NCBI GenBank assembly: GCA_964445515.1
Contig: CAYUKZ010000002.1
Span: 18,655 to 82,654 of the forward strand
DNA length: 64,000 nucleotides
From: an uncultured Mycoplasma sp.
GTDB taxonomy: Bacteria; Bacillota_I; Bacilli_A; Mycoplasmatales; Hepatoplasmataceae
Direction of reading: 5' to 3'
In this document: in pieces, positions 21,407 through 33,420 of the stretch
Layout: the number at the start of each line of letters is the position of its first letter
Numbering within the stretch: the first letter of the stretch is position 1
The notes under the pieces: generated by a model
Seen by the model: the letters and a program-made list of their open reading frames with translations, nothing else
Database searches by the model: none
Told to the model about the DNA's origin: nothing
Position numbers and translations under genes: made by a program

Positions 21407-22315
21407 ATGGAGTTTAAGTTTGAACAACAAACAGAAAAGAGATTAGATCAATATTTATCATTAATGATAGAAGATGTATCAAGAGAAAGATTGAAATCTC
21501 AAATCAAAGAAGGTTTTGTAACAGTTAATGGAAATGTAGTTACAAAACCAAACACTAAACTAAACTTTGGTGATACTGTTGTTGTAAACTTCAAACCTGA
21601 ACAAACAAACGATAAATTAATACCTTGAAAAGAAGGTATCATGCCTGAGGTGGTTTTTGAAAATGAAAGTTTCTTGATTATCAATAAGCCTTCAGGCTTG
21701 GTAGTGCATCCTGGTACAGGAAATTGAGATAATACATTAGTTAATATCTTGATAGCACAAGGATATGATTTATCAATGAAAGACACAATGAGACCTGGAA
21801 TAGTTCATAGAATAGATAAGAACACATCAGGTCTGTTAATCATTGCTAAAACAGACAAATTCCATAATTATATTTCTGAACAATTTGCAGCAGGACAAGT
21901 AACAAAGATTTATGAGTTAATTACTGATGGGAAATACAAAAATTCAAAAGGATTGATAGATGTTCCAATCGGTAGAGATCAAAATAACAGAAAATTGATG
22001 AAAGCTACTTTAGAAAACTCTAAACCAGCTAAATCAATGTTCAAAGTATTAGAATCTTTCAAAGATAATGAATACGTAGAGTATAAAATCTTGACAGGAA
22101 GAACTCATCAAATTAGAGTGCATTCAAAATTTATTGGTGCTCCTGTGTTAAATGACCCAGAATATGGAAGAAGAATTTTTGATCCTGAATTCGGGCAGTT
22201 TTTACATGCTAAAAAATTGTCTTTCAAGGATATGGAAGGTAATGAGCATATATTTGAAGCTGAATTACCTATAGAAATACAAGAAAAGCTAAATGAACTT
22301 AGAGCTTTAAAATAG
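21407..22315 (+). CDS. rluD: RluA/RluD-family 23S rRNA pseudouridine synthase
   Basis: N-terminal S4-like domain (RLDQYL...VTVNG), catalytic HRIDKNTSGLLIIAKT, C-terminal GRTHQIRVH. Two in-frame TGA. Confidence 0.85.
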
Positions 22316-22338
22316 TATAATTATTATATATAAACATT

Positions 22339-23982
22339 ATGGCAAAAATTAATATAATGGCCCTAGGTGGCCTTGATGAGAAGCAGAGAAGATTATACAT
22401 ATTAGAAATAGATTCTAAAATGTATGTAATTGATTCTGGGGTTTATGAACCACTAAATAACGATTTCGGGATTCAACATTTAATCCCAAATATGGAATAT
22501 TTAGCTTCTAATAGAGATAAATTGAAAGCAATATTTTTATCATCAGCAAATAGAATGAACATTGGATCATTAGAACAAATCATTAACATTAAAAATGATA
22601 TTGAAATCTATGGTTCAAATTCAACTATCGATTCTTTAGGAGTTTTCTTCAAAGAAAAAGCTAATGATTGAAATACTGTTAAAATAAACAAAGGAGAAAC
22701 TAAAAATATATCAGGTGTTGATGTTAAGGCATTAGGTCTTCCTTCATTAATACCAGGAACATTAGGTTTTCAGTTTAAAACTGAAGACGGTAATGTATTA
22801 TACTTAACTGATTACATATTTGACTATGTAAATGAGTTAAACATTTCACCAATTGAAGAATTAGGTGAACTATCAAAAGAGAAGAACTTATTATTACTAT
22901 CAGATTCTTCTCTATCAACAGAGAAATCAGCTCTTTCATCTAAATATAGAATTTCAGATCTAGTATCTAAATACTTAAACAAACCAAATAGATTTGTAAT
23001 ATCAATTTATGAAGATGAAATATTAAATGTTATTGAATTAATCAAATTAGCTAAGAAGTTAAAGAGAAAGATTTTTGTAAAATCAAAAACTTTATTTAAT
23101 CTATTAGAAATATTTAAGGCTAATGGAGAAATAGAAGATTTCCCAATAAGAAAATATTCAGATTATAAAGAAGCAGATAAAGAAAAAGCAATTGTTATCT
23201 TATCTGGAACAAGAACAAAACTTTACAAAACAATTGAGTTAATAATTGAAGCTCATAACAAGGAAGACTTTGCATTTGAAGAAGATGATATCGTTTACTT
23301 CTCTGCACTTCCTCAAGCTGGTAACGAACATGTGTTTGCAGATGTTACAAATAAGATATCAAGAGTGGAATTAAACTTCCATAAGCCAGATAAAGAGGTT
23401 AAGAAACTATTTGGTACAACTGAGTTTGATATCAGAAACATTACAAACATTATTAAACCAGAATACTTCATGCCAATCTCAGCTTACTTTACACAAATGA
23501 GTGCAGCAAAAGATATTGCTGTTAATTGTGGAGTAAATGAGAAGAATATATTCGTTGGAGACAATGGTGATATATTCACAATTGACAAAGGAAGTAATCA
23601 AGGATTAACTTTCAAGATTAAAGAAGTTGAATCAAAAGTTGTTGAACAATCAGGAGATGGCTCAGTAGATAACGACTTAATCACAGAAAGAAAAGAAATC
23701 GGTAAAGATGGAGTAGCAACAATTTCATTCATCTTTAACAAAGAAAAACTTGCTATAGCATCTGATATTGATATTCAAATGAAAGGTGTTGTTATTTCTA
23801 AAGGATTAGAAGATACTATGAATGAAATAAAAGATCTAATCATAGAAATATCAGATGTTCAATCAGAACAAAAACAATCAGTGGTTAGAGCAATTCCACA
23901 ATTAAGAAAAGAAATAAGTAAATTATTTAGAAAATCAATTAATAAAGTTCCAACACTATTATTTAATATAGTCGAGGTATAA
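22339..23982 (+). CDS. RNase J-like protein with degenerate metallo-beta-lactamase motifs (probable non-catalytic paralogue)
   Basis: 547-aa frame checked. Overall layout is co-linear with RNase J: ALGGL..start, LLLLSDSS, PEYFMPIS.Y, C-terminal domain ending LLFNIVEV (compare B. subtilis ...ILPIIMEV). The HxHxDH position reads LSSANRMN (nt 22537-22560), and other His ligands are replaced. Confidence 0.7.
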
Positions 23983-23992
23983 GGAATAGTAA

Positions 23993-26900
23993 ATGTTAGA
24001 AAAGAGAACCTTTAAACAGAAAATTATGAATAAAAACAATAAAGCACTAGGACTTTCATTAGTTTTAGTGTCAATGTTAATATTATTCTTTATGGTTCTC
24101 TTACCATTCCTTGGGAGTCCAATACTCTTAATCCTACAAATAACCCTAATACCCATTATTGGATATTTAGGAACAGTTGTATTATGGATATTTGTATTAG
24201 GATTTGCATTATGGTATTACCTAGGAGTTAATAGTAACTGGTTCTCGAAGAAGAGAACAATAATGTTATTGTTAATAATATATTTAATACCTGAGATGAT
24301 TGCATTAGCAATCATAAGTATAAACTTAGGATATTCATTTAATGAAATAATGCCATTCAATGAATTCTATAAGGCAGTAGCACTTCAGCCATACATAGAC
24401 ATATTTGCAAATGGTATAGAATGAGGTAAAAGAATCCAAATAGACACATTATTAGTTAATATGGGGTTAATACTACCAATATTCATGTGACTACTTGGAG
24501 GGTGATGATACTTAGCATTGCTATTAGTAATATCATTCATTCTATTATTATATGCAATGTATGTCACAATAGTTAATGACTACTCAATATTATTATCAAG
24601 ATTAGCATTTTGATCAAATGATAAACAATCATTGGCCACAGGAGCCAAAGCGGTAGGTTTAGATTTAAATTTACCAACAGAAGAATTTGAATTAAACTTC
24701 AACGAAACTCAAATAACAAAAGAACAAATTGAACTTATTGAAAAAGTGAGGAAAAATATGGACACAAAAGATTATAAAGAACTATCAAACAAAATAGCAG
24801 ATGAAAAACAAAAGTTAATAGAACTAAGAAAGAAAATTATTTCTAAGATTAGAGACAATAAAGAGAAAAACTATGAGTCAACTACTTCAGAAAGTCACAA
24901 ACAAGAAATTATGGCTTCTCTAGGTTACTCTACTTACTCTTCATTGAAAGCTTCTATTGATAGAAACCAAGAAACTGCACAATCAAAAGAACCTTTCAGA
25001 TATACAAAACCTGAAACTTATGTTGAAGAAGAAAAACAAGAAGAAAATGTTGAGTTAATTAACGAAGGATTCAAAACAACAGAAGAATCTTATAAAGTTG
25101 AAGAGCAATCTCTAGCAGATGCCTTCATTGAAGAGATGTTAGAAGGTTTTGATCCAACCCAAGAACTTCCTTTACTTCAAGATTATGAAGAAATATTTGA
25201 TAACGAAAGAGAATTGGTTGAAGAAATTACTAAAACACTAGAAACTATTCTTGAACTAGAAGAAGAAAAACAATCACTTGAAACAGGTGAGATCGTAATT
25301 GAAAATCTTGATCAAGAAGTTACAGTTGAAGAGTATTTATCTATTCCAGATGCTATCTCTAAAACACAAGAAGGTCAATTAGAAATTGAAGAACCTTCAG
25401 TAATCAAAGAACAACAAGAAGATGAAACAATCAATACTGAATTTTCATCAGCAGAAGTTGAATCAGATGATGAAGAAGCATTACAAATCTTAAATGAGAC
25501 TCCTGAAGTTTCAAATGAAACAGATGTAGTTACATATGAAGCTCTTGAAGAAGAATCAGAAGAGTTAGAAATAGAAGAAGAACAAGAAGGTCGTTCAGAA
25601 AACTGATGTAAACCATATGTTCTTCCATCAACAAGTATATTAACAAATACTTCTGCTTCATTTGATAACTCAATTCTAGTTGAAGAAGCAACAAACAAAG
25701 CTAAACAGTTAAATATTACTTTCGATTCATTCGGAGTAAAAGCAAATGTAAATTCATTTGAGATTGGTCCTACAGTAACTACATTCAAAGTTTCATTAGA
25801 ACCAGGAATTAAGACTACTAAAGTTACAAACTTAGAAGACAACTTAAAACTTACATTAGGTGCAGAGTACATAAGAATTATTGCTCCAATCCCAGGAACA
25901 TCATTTATCGGAATTGAAGTTCCTAACTCAACAAAGAGACCTGTTTTATTTAAAACAGTTTATGATGAAACACCTTCTACTAATGAAGGAATAATTATTT
26001 CAATAGGACAAGATGTTGCAGGTAAATCATTATCATTTGATTTAACTAAAGCACCTCACTTATTAGTTGCTGGTTCAACTGGTTCAGGTAAATCTGTTGC
26101 TATCAACACAATCCTTTCATCAATCTTATTAAGATACAAACCAACAGATGTTCAACTTGTATTAGTTGATCCTAAGATGGTTGAGTTCGCTCCATTCCAT
26201 GGTGTTCCACATTTATTAGCTGAAGTAATAACTGATGCTGCTAATGCTAACAATGCTTTAAAAGCAATGGTAGAAGAAATGGAAGAAAGATATAGAAAGA
26301 TGGCTTCAATGGGAGCTAAGAAAATTGAAGAGCTTAATGCTAAGTTAATTGAGAATGGTGAAAACAAATTACCTTACATAGTTGTGGTTATTGATGAGCT
26401 AGCTGACCTAATGATGGTTGCTGCTAAAGAAGTTGAAGAGTCAATTATGAGAATTACTCAAAAAGCTAGAGCAGCTGGTATCCATATGATACTTGCAACT
26501 CAAAGACCATCTACTGAAATTATTACAGGTACAATTAAATCAAACATTCCTTCAAGAATGGCCTTCACTGTAGCTTCATCAATTGATTCAAGAACAATAC
26601 TTGGACAAGTTGGAGCAGAAAAATTAATCGGAATGGGAGACATGTTAGTTTCATTATATGGACAACTTCCATTCAGAGGACAAGGGGCATATATTTCAAA
26701 TGAAGAAGTTGAAGATATTGCCTCATTCACAAAATCACAATGTGACGCAAGTTATGTAATTGATGTTAATTCATTAATTGACATGAATTCAGGATTAGCA
26801 GGTTCATTAGTTTCAACAAATGATCCTCTATACATTGCTGCTAGAGATACAGTAGTGCATTATCAAAAAGCATCTACTTCAATGTTGCAAAGACACTTGA

Positions 26901-27007
26901 ATATTGGTTACAATAAAGCAGCTAATATTATTGAAACATTAGAAGATGAAGGTGTAATAGGTCCTGCTAAAGGTTCTAAACCTAGAGAGGTATTGAAAGC
27001 ATCATAA
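23993..27007 (+). CDS. ftsK: DNA translocase FtsK/SpoIIIE
   Basis: Three track ORFs in one frame, joins checked. Polytopic N-terminal membrane domain, ~300-aa acidic linker, motor domain with Walker A GSTGSGKS and Walker B VVVIDELADL, C-terminal gamma winged-helix (MLQRHLNIGYNKAANIIETLEDEGVIG). Confidence 0.95.
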
Positions 27008-27009
27008 TT

Positions 27010-27324
27010 ATGAGTAAAAGAGTAGATTTAAAACAATTGAACTCTCTTGTTGCTGATAAAAACAAACTATTAGTTATGTTTTCAGCAGAATGATGTGGGC
27101 AATGCAAAATGAATGATATAGTCATTCAAGAAATAAAAGATAATTATCCAGATATTGATTTTATTGAAGTTGATGTTGATGACAATATGCTCTGAGATAA
27201 CGATGTATTAAACATAAAATCAGTTCCTACATTTATAGGGTTCAGTAATAGACAAACTTTATTCACTGAACAAGGATATCAATCAAAAGAAGACTTAATA
27301 AAACTTATTAAGCAAATAGAATAA
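27010..27324 (+). CDS. trxA: thioredoxin-family protein with WCGQC active site
   Basis: 104 aa. LVMFSAEWCGQCKM...VPTF. Below or fragmented in the ORF track because of two TGA codons, one of which encodes the active-site Trp. Confidence 0.75.
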
Positions 27325-27362
27325 TTAGATCTATTAAGATCTATTATTGAAATGAGATTTTT

Positions 27363-27983
27363 ATGAACAATAAAATATGAGAATTAAACATTCCTGAAGA
27401 AGAAAAGATATTACTTTCTAAAATAGATAAGAAAGTAAACTTTCTTTCTGGTAAATCAGAAGATTTCTTCAAAGCTATAATCCAATTAGACGGAACAAAG
27501 CTAGAATCTGCATATTCTGTGAATGAAGATCTTATTTCAATTCTTAAAACTAACAGTTCTTTAACAGAGCAATTAAAGAAAGACTCTTTTACTATTAGAG
27601 AAACACACCAAACAGACTTTACAAGAGAAGTTCAACTTGATTTATCAGAAGAAGTAATGAAATCTTCAATAATTAAATCAACTATTGAACATAAAGATGA
27701 ATTGATCTCTAGTGACGAAAAATTATTTGCTCTTTCAAAGAGAAAAAACTATATCAAAAACAAAAATACAAAAAGAAAAGCTGAAATGGACAGTGCCATT
27801 GAAATGTTGGAACAAAGAATTGAAAATGAACAGCTTTTAAATATCGAGCCAATGAGAGAAGATATTGAATTAATTAAAAAGTACATTAACCCTAAAGAGA
27901 TTAATAGGACAAGGTACTTATATCTATTCATATTTGTGCCAATGATTTTGGTAGCGATATCATTTGGAGGTGCATTATTATGA
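27363..27983 (+). CDS. hypothetical tail-anchored protein (charged/coiled-coil-like, C-terminal TM helix)
   Basis: 206-codon frame, extended upstream of track ORF 27519 through one TGA to ATG 27363. C-terminus is [22 protein letters not shown]. Stop overlaps the cmk start (ATGA). Confidence 0.55.
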
Positions 27984-28639
27984 ATGATCTAAGAATAGCA
28001 ATTGATGGTGGAGCAGCAACAGGTAAATCTACTATAGCTAAGTTATTGGCTAAGAGAGCTGGTCTAAAATATATCAATACAGGACAACTATATAGATTAG
28101 TTGCTTTATATGCTTTCAGAAATAACATTTCTGAAACAGAAGTGGAAAGATTATTAAGTGAAATGTCAGGATTGACAATTTACTATAATGAAGAAAGTAA
28201 TATTGAAGCAAAAGAATTTGAATTTGATGTTAAAGAATTGGAATTACAAGAAGTTGGAAACCTAGCTTCAGTTTTAGGAAGCAAGAAAGAGGTAAGAGAG
28301 TTCATTACAATCAAGTTAAAAGAGATAGCTAAGTTACCAGGAGTTGTAATGGAGGGTAGAGACATCGGAACTGTTGTTATGCCTGATGCTGATTTTAAAT
28401 TCTTTATAGTTATTGACCCAGAGATTGGGGCTGACAGAAGATACAAGCAACATATTTCAAATAATGAAACAGTTGAGTATGAAACTATATTAAAAGAATT
28501 GATTGAAAGAAACAAACGTGATGCAGAAAGAGAAATTGCACCACTTATCCCAACAGAAGAATCAATAATAATTGACTCTTCACACATGAACCCTGATCAA
28601 TTAGTTGATAAAATAATTGAGGAGGTGCAAAATGGATAA
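27980..28639 (+). CDS. cmk: cytidylate kinase
   Basis: [14 protein letters not shown]-loop, [30 protein letters not shown]. Confidence 0.9.
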   Translation: MNDLRIAIDGGAATGKSTIAKLLAKRAGLKYINTGQLYRLVALYAFRNNISETEVERLLSEMSGLTIYYNEESNIEAKEFEFDVKELELQEVGNLASVLGSKKEVREFITIKLKEIAKLPGVVMEGRDIGTVVMPDADFKFFIVIDPEIGADRRYKQHISNNETVEYETILKELIERNKRDAEREIAPLIPTEESIIIDSSHMNPDQLVDKIIEEVQNG

Positions 28640-29945
28640 AAGATTACCTACAGTTGCTATTGTTGGTAAACCTAATGTTGGTAAATCAACACTATTCAAT
28701 AGACTGATACAAAAAAGAGTATCTATTATGCATGATTCTTCAGGAGTAACTAGAGATAGAGTGTTTCACACTTGTGAATGACTTTCAAGGAAGTTTAATT
28801 TAATAGACTCAGGAGGATTCTCAAGAGATTTAAACTTATCTTTCCAAACAGAAATCAATACACAAGTTGAAATCGCAATGCAAGAAGCAGATATCATTAT
28901 ATTTTTAGTTTCTGCCATTGATGGAATGACTAAAGAAGATGCAGTAGTAGCATCAAGACTTAAGAAACTAGGTAAAGGAGTTATTCTTGCTGTTAACAAA
29001 TCAGATAATTTAGAAATGACTATATCAGCAGTGAATTTTTATTCTGCTGGTTTTGGTGAGCCTATAGCAATATCTTCAATTCATGGGATTGGGATCTCTG
29101 ATTTACTAGATAGAATCATTTCGGAGATACCTAGAAAAGAATATACTCCAATTGAGAGTACTAGAATAGGAATTATTGGGAAACCTAACGTTGGAAAGTC
29201 AACATTAGTAAACTCATTACTAAGAGATGAAAGAATAATAGTATCTGATGTAGCAGGAACAACAAGAGATGCTATTGATACTACATTAAAGTTTGAGGAT
29301 AAAGAAATAGTCCTTACTGATACAGCGGGACTTAAAAAGAATAAGCAAGCTTTAGATGATATTGAGTGATATGCAGAGTTAAGAACACAGTTAACAATAC
29401 TAAACTCTGATATAACAATCTTATTACTTGATAAATCACAATCAATTACTCAAATTGATGAGAAGATTATGGGAATTCTTAAAGAAGAATACAAACCTGT
29501 AATAGTTGGTGTTAATAAAACAGATGAATTAACACTTGATGAAAGAAAAGAAGTTGAAGCTGAGATAAGGAATAAATTCAAATTTGCACCTTGAGTGCCA
29601 ATTATGTTTATCTCTGCAAAAGACGGTAAAAATACACATAAAATAATTCGTAGAGCTCTAGAAATAGACGAATTAAGAAAGTTTGATATAAACAAATCAG
29701 CTCTAAATGATTTCTTGATGGATATTCAAATGATAAAAAAACCACCAAGACACAATGGAATTAATATAAAATTAACTTATATGACATTTTCGAACACTAA
29801 GTTCCCACATTTCATTATTTTCTCAAATCATCCAGAATGAGTACACTTCTCATATGTAAGATTTATAGAAAATCAAATTAGGAACGTATTTGATCTTGAA
29901 GGAATTCCTATCAAGATCAGTATAAAAGGAAAAAGAGGTAATTAA
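28632..29945 (+). CDS. der: ribosome-biogenesis GTPase Der (EngA)
   Basis: Two G-domains ([13 protein letters not shown] / [13 protein letters not shown]; DSGG / DTAG; NKSD / NKTD) plus a KH-like C-terminus. Three track pieces in one frame. Start overlaps the end of cmk. Confidence 0.9.
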
Positions 29946-29948
29946 ATT

Positions 29949-31016
29949 ATGGCGGCAGCTAAGAAAACAACAACCGAAGAGATTAAAATGATTAAAGATC
30001 ATGCTAATGAAACAAATTATGATCATAAGATAGTTGTAGTTGGAACTGGAGCTTTTGGTACTGCTATTGCAGAATCATTAGTTAGAGACGAAACTAAAAG
30101 AAACAAAATTATCTTATACGGTAACTCTTCAAGAGAGGTAAATGAGATTAATAAAAAGAATAGAAATAGTAAATACTATTCTATGCCTTTATCTCCAAGA
30201 CTATATGCAACAACTAAACCAGAAGAAGCATTCAAAGATGTAGATATCATTCTACTTGCTGTTCCTTCAGTAGTTATTGCATCAGTATTAAAAGAAGCAA
30301 TTATCCCAAACTTAACTAAGAAAGCATACTTCGTTAACTTGGCAAAAGGTTTTGATTATATTGCTCAAGAAACATTAAATAAAACTATATCAAAACATGT
30401 TCCTGAAGAATTATCAGCAGGGATACTAAAATTAGCAGGAGCATCTTTTGCTTCAGAAGTAATTCAAAAGATGCCTACAGCATTCGTGCTTGCTAGTGAT
30501 GCAATCAGAACATCTGAAAAGATTGCAGAAATACTAAGTAATAAAACTATGAAAGTTGTACCTTCTAAATCATTAGATGCAGTAGAATGACTTTCAATCA
30601 TCAAAAACCCACTAGCTCTATTACAAGGGATAGTTTCAGGGTTAGGATACGGTTATAATACTAAAGCTCTATTCTTTACTCAATCAATCAATGAAATGAG
30701 AAAGTTATTAAAATTATCAGGGCTATCAGAAGAGATAATCTTCTCACCAGCTGGTGTAGGAGACTTCTTCCTAACAGGATCATCTCTTAAATCAAGAAAC
30801 TATTCTGTTGGATATGAACTAGGTAAACATGACAAAGTTACTAAAAAAGCTATGTCTAAGTACTCTACAGTTGAAGGAATTAGATCAATTGAGGTATTAT
30901 TAAGAATATCCAGAAAGAATAAATTAAACTTAAAATCAATAGAATTATTGTATAATATATTATATAAGAATGAAAAGCCCTCAGAGGCTGTAACAAAATA
31001 TTTAGACAAACTATAA
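29949..31016 (+). CDS. gpsA: NAD(P)H-dependent glycerol-3-phosphate dehydrogenase
   Basis: VVVGTGAFGTAIA Rossmann motif, NLAKGF, AGASFASEV, LIKNPLAL.. Two track ORFs joined by one TGA. ~25-aa N-terminal extension if ATG 29949 is used (alternative ATG at 29988). Confidence 0.85.
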
Positions 31017-31025
31017 GGAGATATT

Positions 31026-31307
31026 ATGAACAAACAAGAAATCATCAACAACATTGCTGAAGAATACGGATTAACAAAAGTACAAGCAAAAGCTATCTTT
31101 GAACAAATCTTTGAAGATATTACTGCAGCATTCAGATCAAAGAAAACTGATAACAAGATTCAAATCCCAGGATTCGGTACATTCAAAATGGAAAAAAGAC
31201 CAGCTAGAACTGGTAGAAACCCAAGAACTGGTGAATCAATGAAGATTCCAGCTAAGCAAGTAGTTAAATTCAAAGCTTCAAAAACATTAGCAGACAAAAT
31301 TAACTAG
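31026..31307 (+). CDS. hup: DNA-binding protein HU
   Basis: MNKQEII..I......TK.QA......IFE.I...IPGFGTFK..KRPARTGRNPRTGE.MKIPA..VVKFKASK.L. Confidence 0.95.
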   Translation: MNKQEIINNIAEEYGLTKVQAKAIFEQIFEDITAAFRSKKTDNKIQIPGFGTFKMEKRPARTGRNPRTGESMKIPAKQVVKFKASKTLADKIN

Positions 31308-31321
31308 TTTCTTATATCAAG

Positions 31322-31347
31322 AAAATACCCATACGGGTATTTTTTTA
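31322..31347 (+). terminator. rho-independent terminator after hup
   Basis: AAATACCC-ATAC-GGGTATTT followed by a T-run. Confidence 0.8.
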
Positions 31348-31400
31348 TACAACTTTGTGAAAAACATATTTTTTAAGATAAATAGATATATAATTTAATT

Positions 31401-32222
31401 ATGATAAATACATTAAACACATTAAATACATATACAAGAACGGCAGGATCTGCATTAAGTTCTAATCAAGAATCATTCTTAGGACTAACTGAGTCACAAT
31501 GATCATGAATACTATTTGGAATCTTTATCTTAATTATAGTTATGGCTTTTGTTACAGTATCTGTACAAAAGACATTCCAAGAAAAGAATCAAAAGTATGC
31601 TTTAAAACAATCATCAACACAGAAAACAGGAGCTCAAGTTGCATTAGAGATATTAGCAGCTAACGGAATTACTGATGTTCAAGTTGTTGTTGGTAAAGAA
31701 GGACAAGATCACTTTAATCCACAGACTAAAGTAGTATCATTATCTCCTTCAACATACAATTCATCTTCAGTATCAGCAATGGCTATTGCTGCTCACGAGG
31801 TTGGACATGCAATTCAATGACATAAGAAGTCATTTATGATTAGAGTTAGAAGTATTTTGACTACACCAGTGCAAATTGCAACAGGTGTTGGACAAATGTT
31901 CTTCTCACTAGGACTATTCTATATCCTATTATTCGGATTCGGTGCTTGAATATTTGCAATTACAATTGGTGGTATTATTTTATATGGTGCTATGGCAATA
32001 TTCCAATTAATTACATTACCAATAGAGTTTGATGCTTCTAAGAGAGCTATGAAACAAATGAAAGAACTTGGTATTATTAATGGCGCTGATGAAGAAAAGG
32101 GTGCTAAAGGAGTTCTTAATGCTGCTGCAATGACTTATGTTGTTGCCTTCATTACAACTTTATTAACATTCGCATTCTTCTTAATTAGATTCTTACTAAT
32201 CATTATGAATAATAGAGACTAA
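31401..32222 (+). CDS. YugP-type putative neutral zinc metallopeptidase (membrane)
   Basis: HEVGHAIQ zinc motif, hydrophobic N- and C-terminal segments, LPIEFDASKRA motif. Three pieces joined by TGA. Confidence 0.7.
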
Positions 32223-32803
32223 TGAATAATCTAAACGATTTATTATCAGATAATATTATTAACAAATCTGAATTAGTTATTAAAAGACATGAATATCTTG
32301 GCCTAGATGCAACACAAGCTGCATTCTTAGCTAAGATATTTATTAATAATAAGGAGTGCTACAGAGAAGTAGATATTGAAACTGTTTCAAATCTAATGAA
32401 TGTCGATGTAGCAACAGCGCAAACAATTTTAGAGCCTTTACTAACAAAAGGTTTACTTGGATTCAATAACAAGGAAGGAAAAAGTTACTTTGACTTCCAA
32501 AAGTTAATAGAAAAATTGCTTGCTTCATATTCAGCTCCTTCTTTCTCAGATTCAAAAGAACAAAAAGTTAAATGAATAGGTAAGAAATTAGATTTCATCT
32601 TAACAGATGACAATGTAATTCACTTAAATGAAATTGTTGAAAAAACTGAATGAGATATTTTAGTTAAAGTGATAGAAAAAATGGCGAATCAAAAGAATCA
32701 AACATTCCCATTATTCGTTTCATTAGTAGAAACAATCTCAAATAACATTGATGCTAAAAGAGAGCAAATTAAATCAGTGTTAGATGTGAATTGATTAGAG
32801 TAA
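32222..32803 (+). CDS. dnaD: DnaD-like replication initiation/primosome protein
   Basis: Co-linear by eye with B. subtilis DnaD: HEYLGLDATQAAFLAKI (cf. HYKQLGLNETELILLLKI), LLTKGLLGF....GKSYFDFQKL, C-terminal ...VNWLE* (cf. YNWLEQ). ATG overlaps the upstream stop (TAATG). Confidence 0.55.
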
Positions 32804-32840
32804 AAAGAAAACTATACGCTAAATAGCGTATAGTTTTTTT
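32804..32840. terminator. bidirectional terminator shared by dnaD-like (+) and recU (-)
   Basis: AAAACTATACGCT-AAAT-AGCGTATAGTTTT, flanked by an A-run on the left and a T-run on the right. Confidence 0.8.
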
Positions 32841-33327
32841 ATATAGACATATGATCTATGTATTCTTCTACTTCATCTATAGAAATTACCTTACCAATAT
32901 CTTTGAGAATCTCAACATTTATACTTTTCCTTTCAGTTTGAGATTTAAACACTAGATAATCATCAATCTCTAATGCAACAACTATATTCTCAGCAGTAAT
33001 ACCAAACATAATTATTGAAACTCCTCCATGTCTTTTGATAGAAGCTAACTGTTTCTCTTGGTGTTCTTTCAATCTTGAGAATTCAAACCTTTTTGTAGAA
33101 ATATTCTTGGCTTCAATCAAAATAAACTTCGAATTATATATTCCAATAAAGTCACAAAGAGCTTTGTTTGCATATATAGGTATAATCTTGCCTTTTGATT
33201 GAACCATCTTCATAGGTGTAGGTGATTTAATAAAGAATCCTCTACCTATTTTATTTATCTTCAGTAATTTCTTTGATATTTCGTTTTCTAAATTTCTTCC
33301 TGTCTTAGCCATACAATAATAATTCAC
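32839..33327 (-). CDS. recU: Holliday-junction resolvase RecU
   Basis: RGFFIKSPTP......GKI......CDFIGIY..KFILIEAK......F.FSRL.EHQ..QL......GG.S family pattern. The true start may be the internal ATG at 33312 (MAKTGRNLENEI). Confidence 0.75.
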   Translation of the reverse strand: MNYYCMAKTGRNLENEISKKLLKINKIGRGFFIKSPTPMKMVQSKGKIIPIYANKALCDFIGIYNSKFILIEAKNISTKRFEFSRLKEHQEKQLASIKRHGGVSIIMFGITAENIVVALEIDDYLVFKSQTERKSINVEILKDIGKVISIDEVEEYIDHMSI

Positions 33328-33420
33328 TATTATTAAATATTTATTCTCATTAATTTAAAAATAAATAGGAATATTGTTTATTTTATTGTGAACTATTAAT
33401 TGAATGGAGAAAAAAATAAA

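Noticed and set aside
27325-27345. AGATCT-ATTA-AGATCT after trx considered as a terminator
   Set aside because: It consists of two copies of a self-complementary hexamer and gives only a 6-bp AT/GC-mixed stem with no T-run. The next gene starts about 20 nt downstream, so read-through is more likely.
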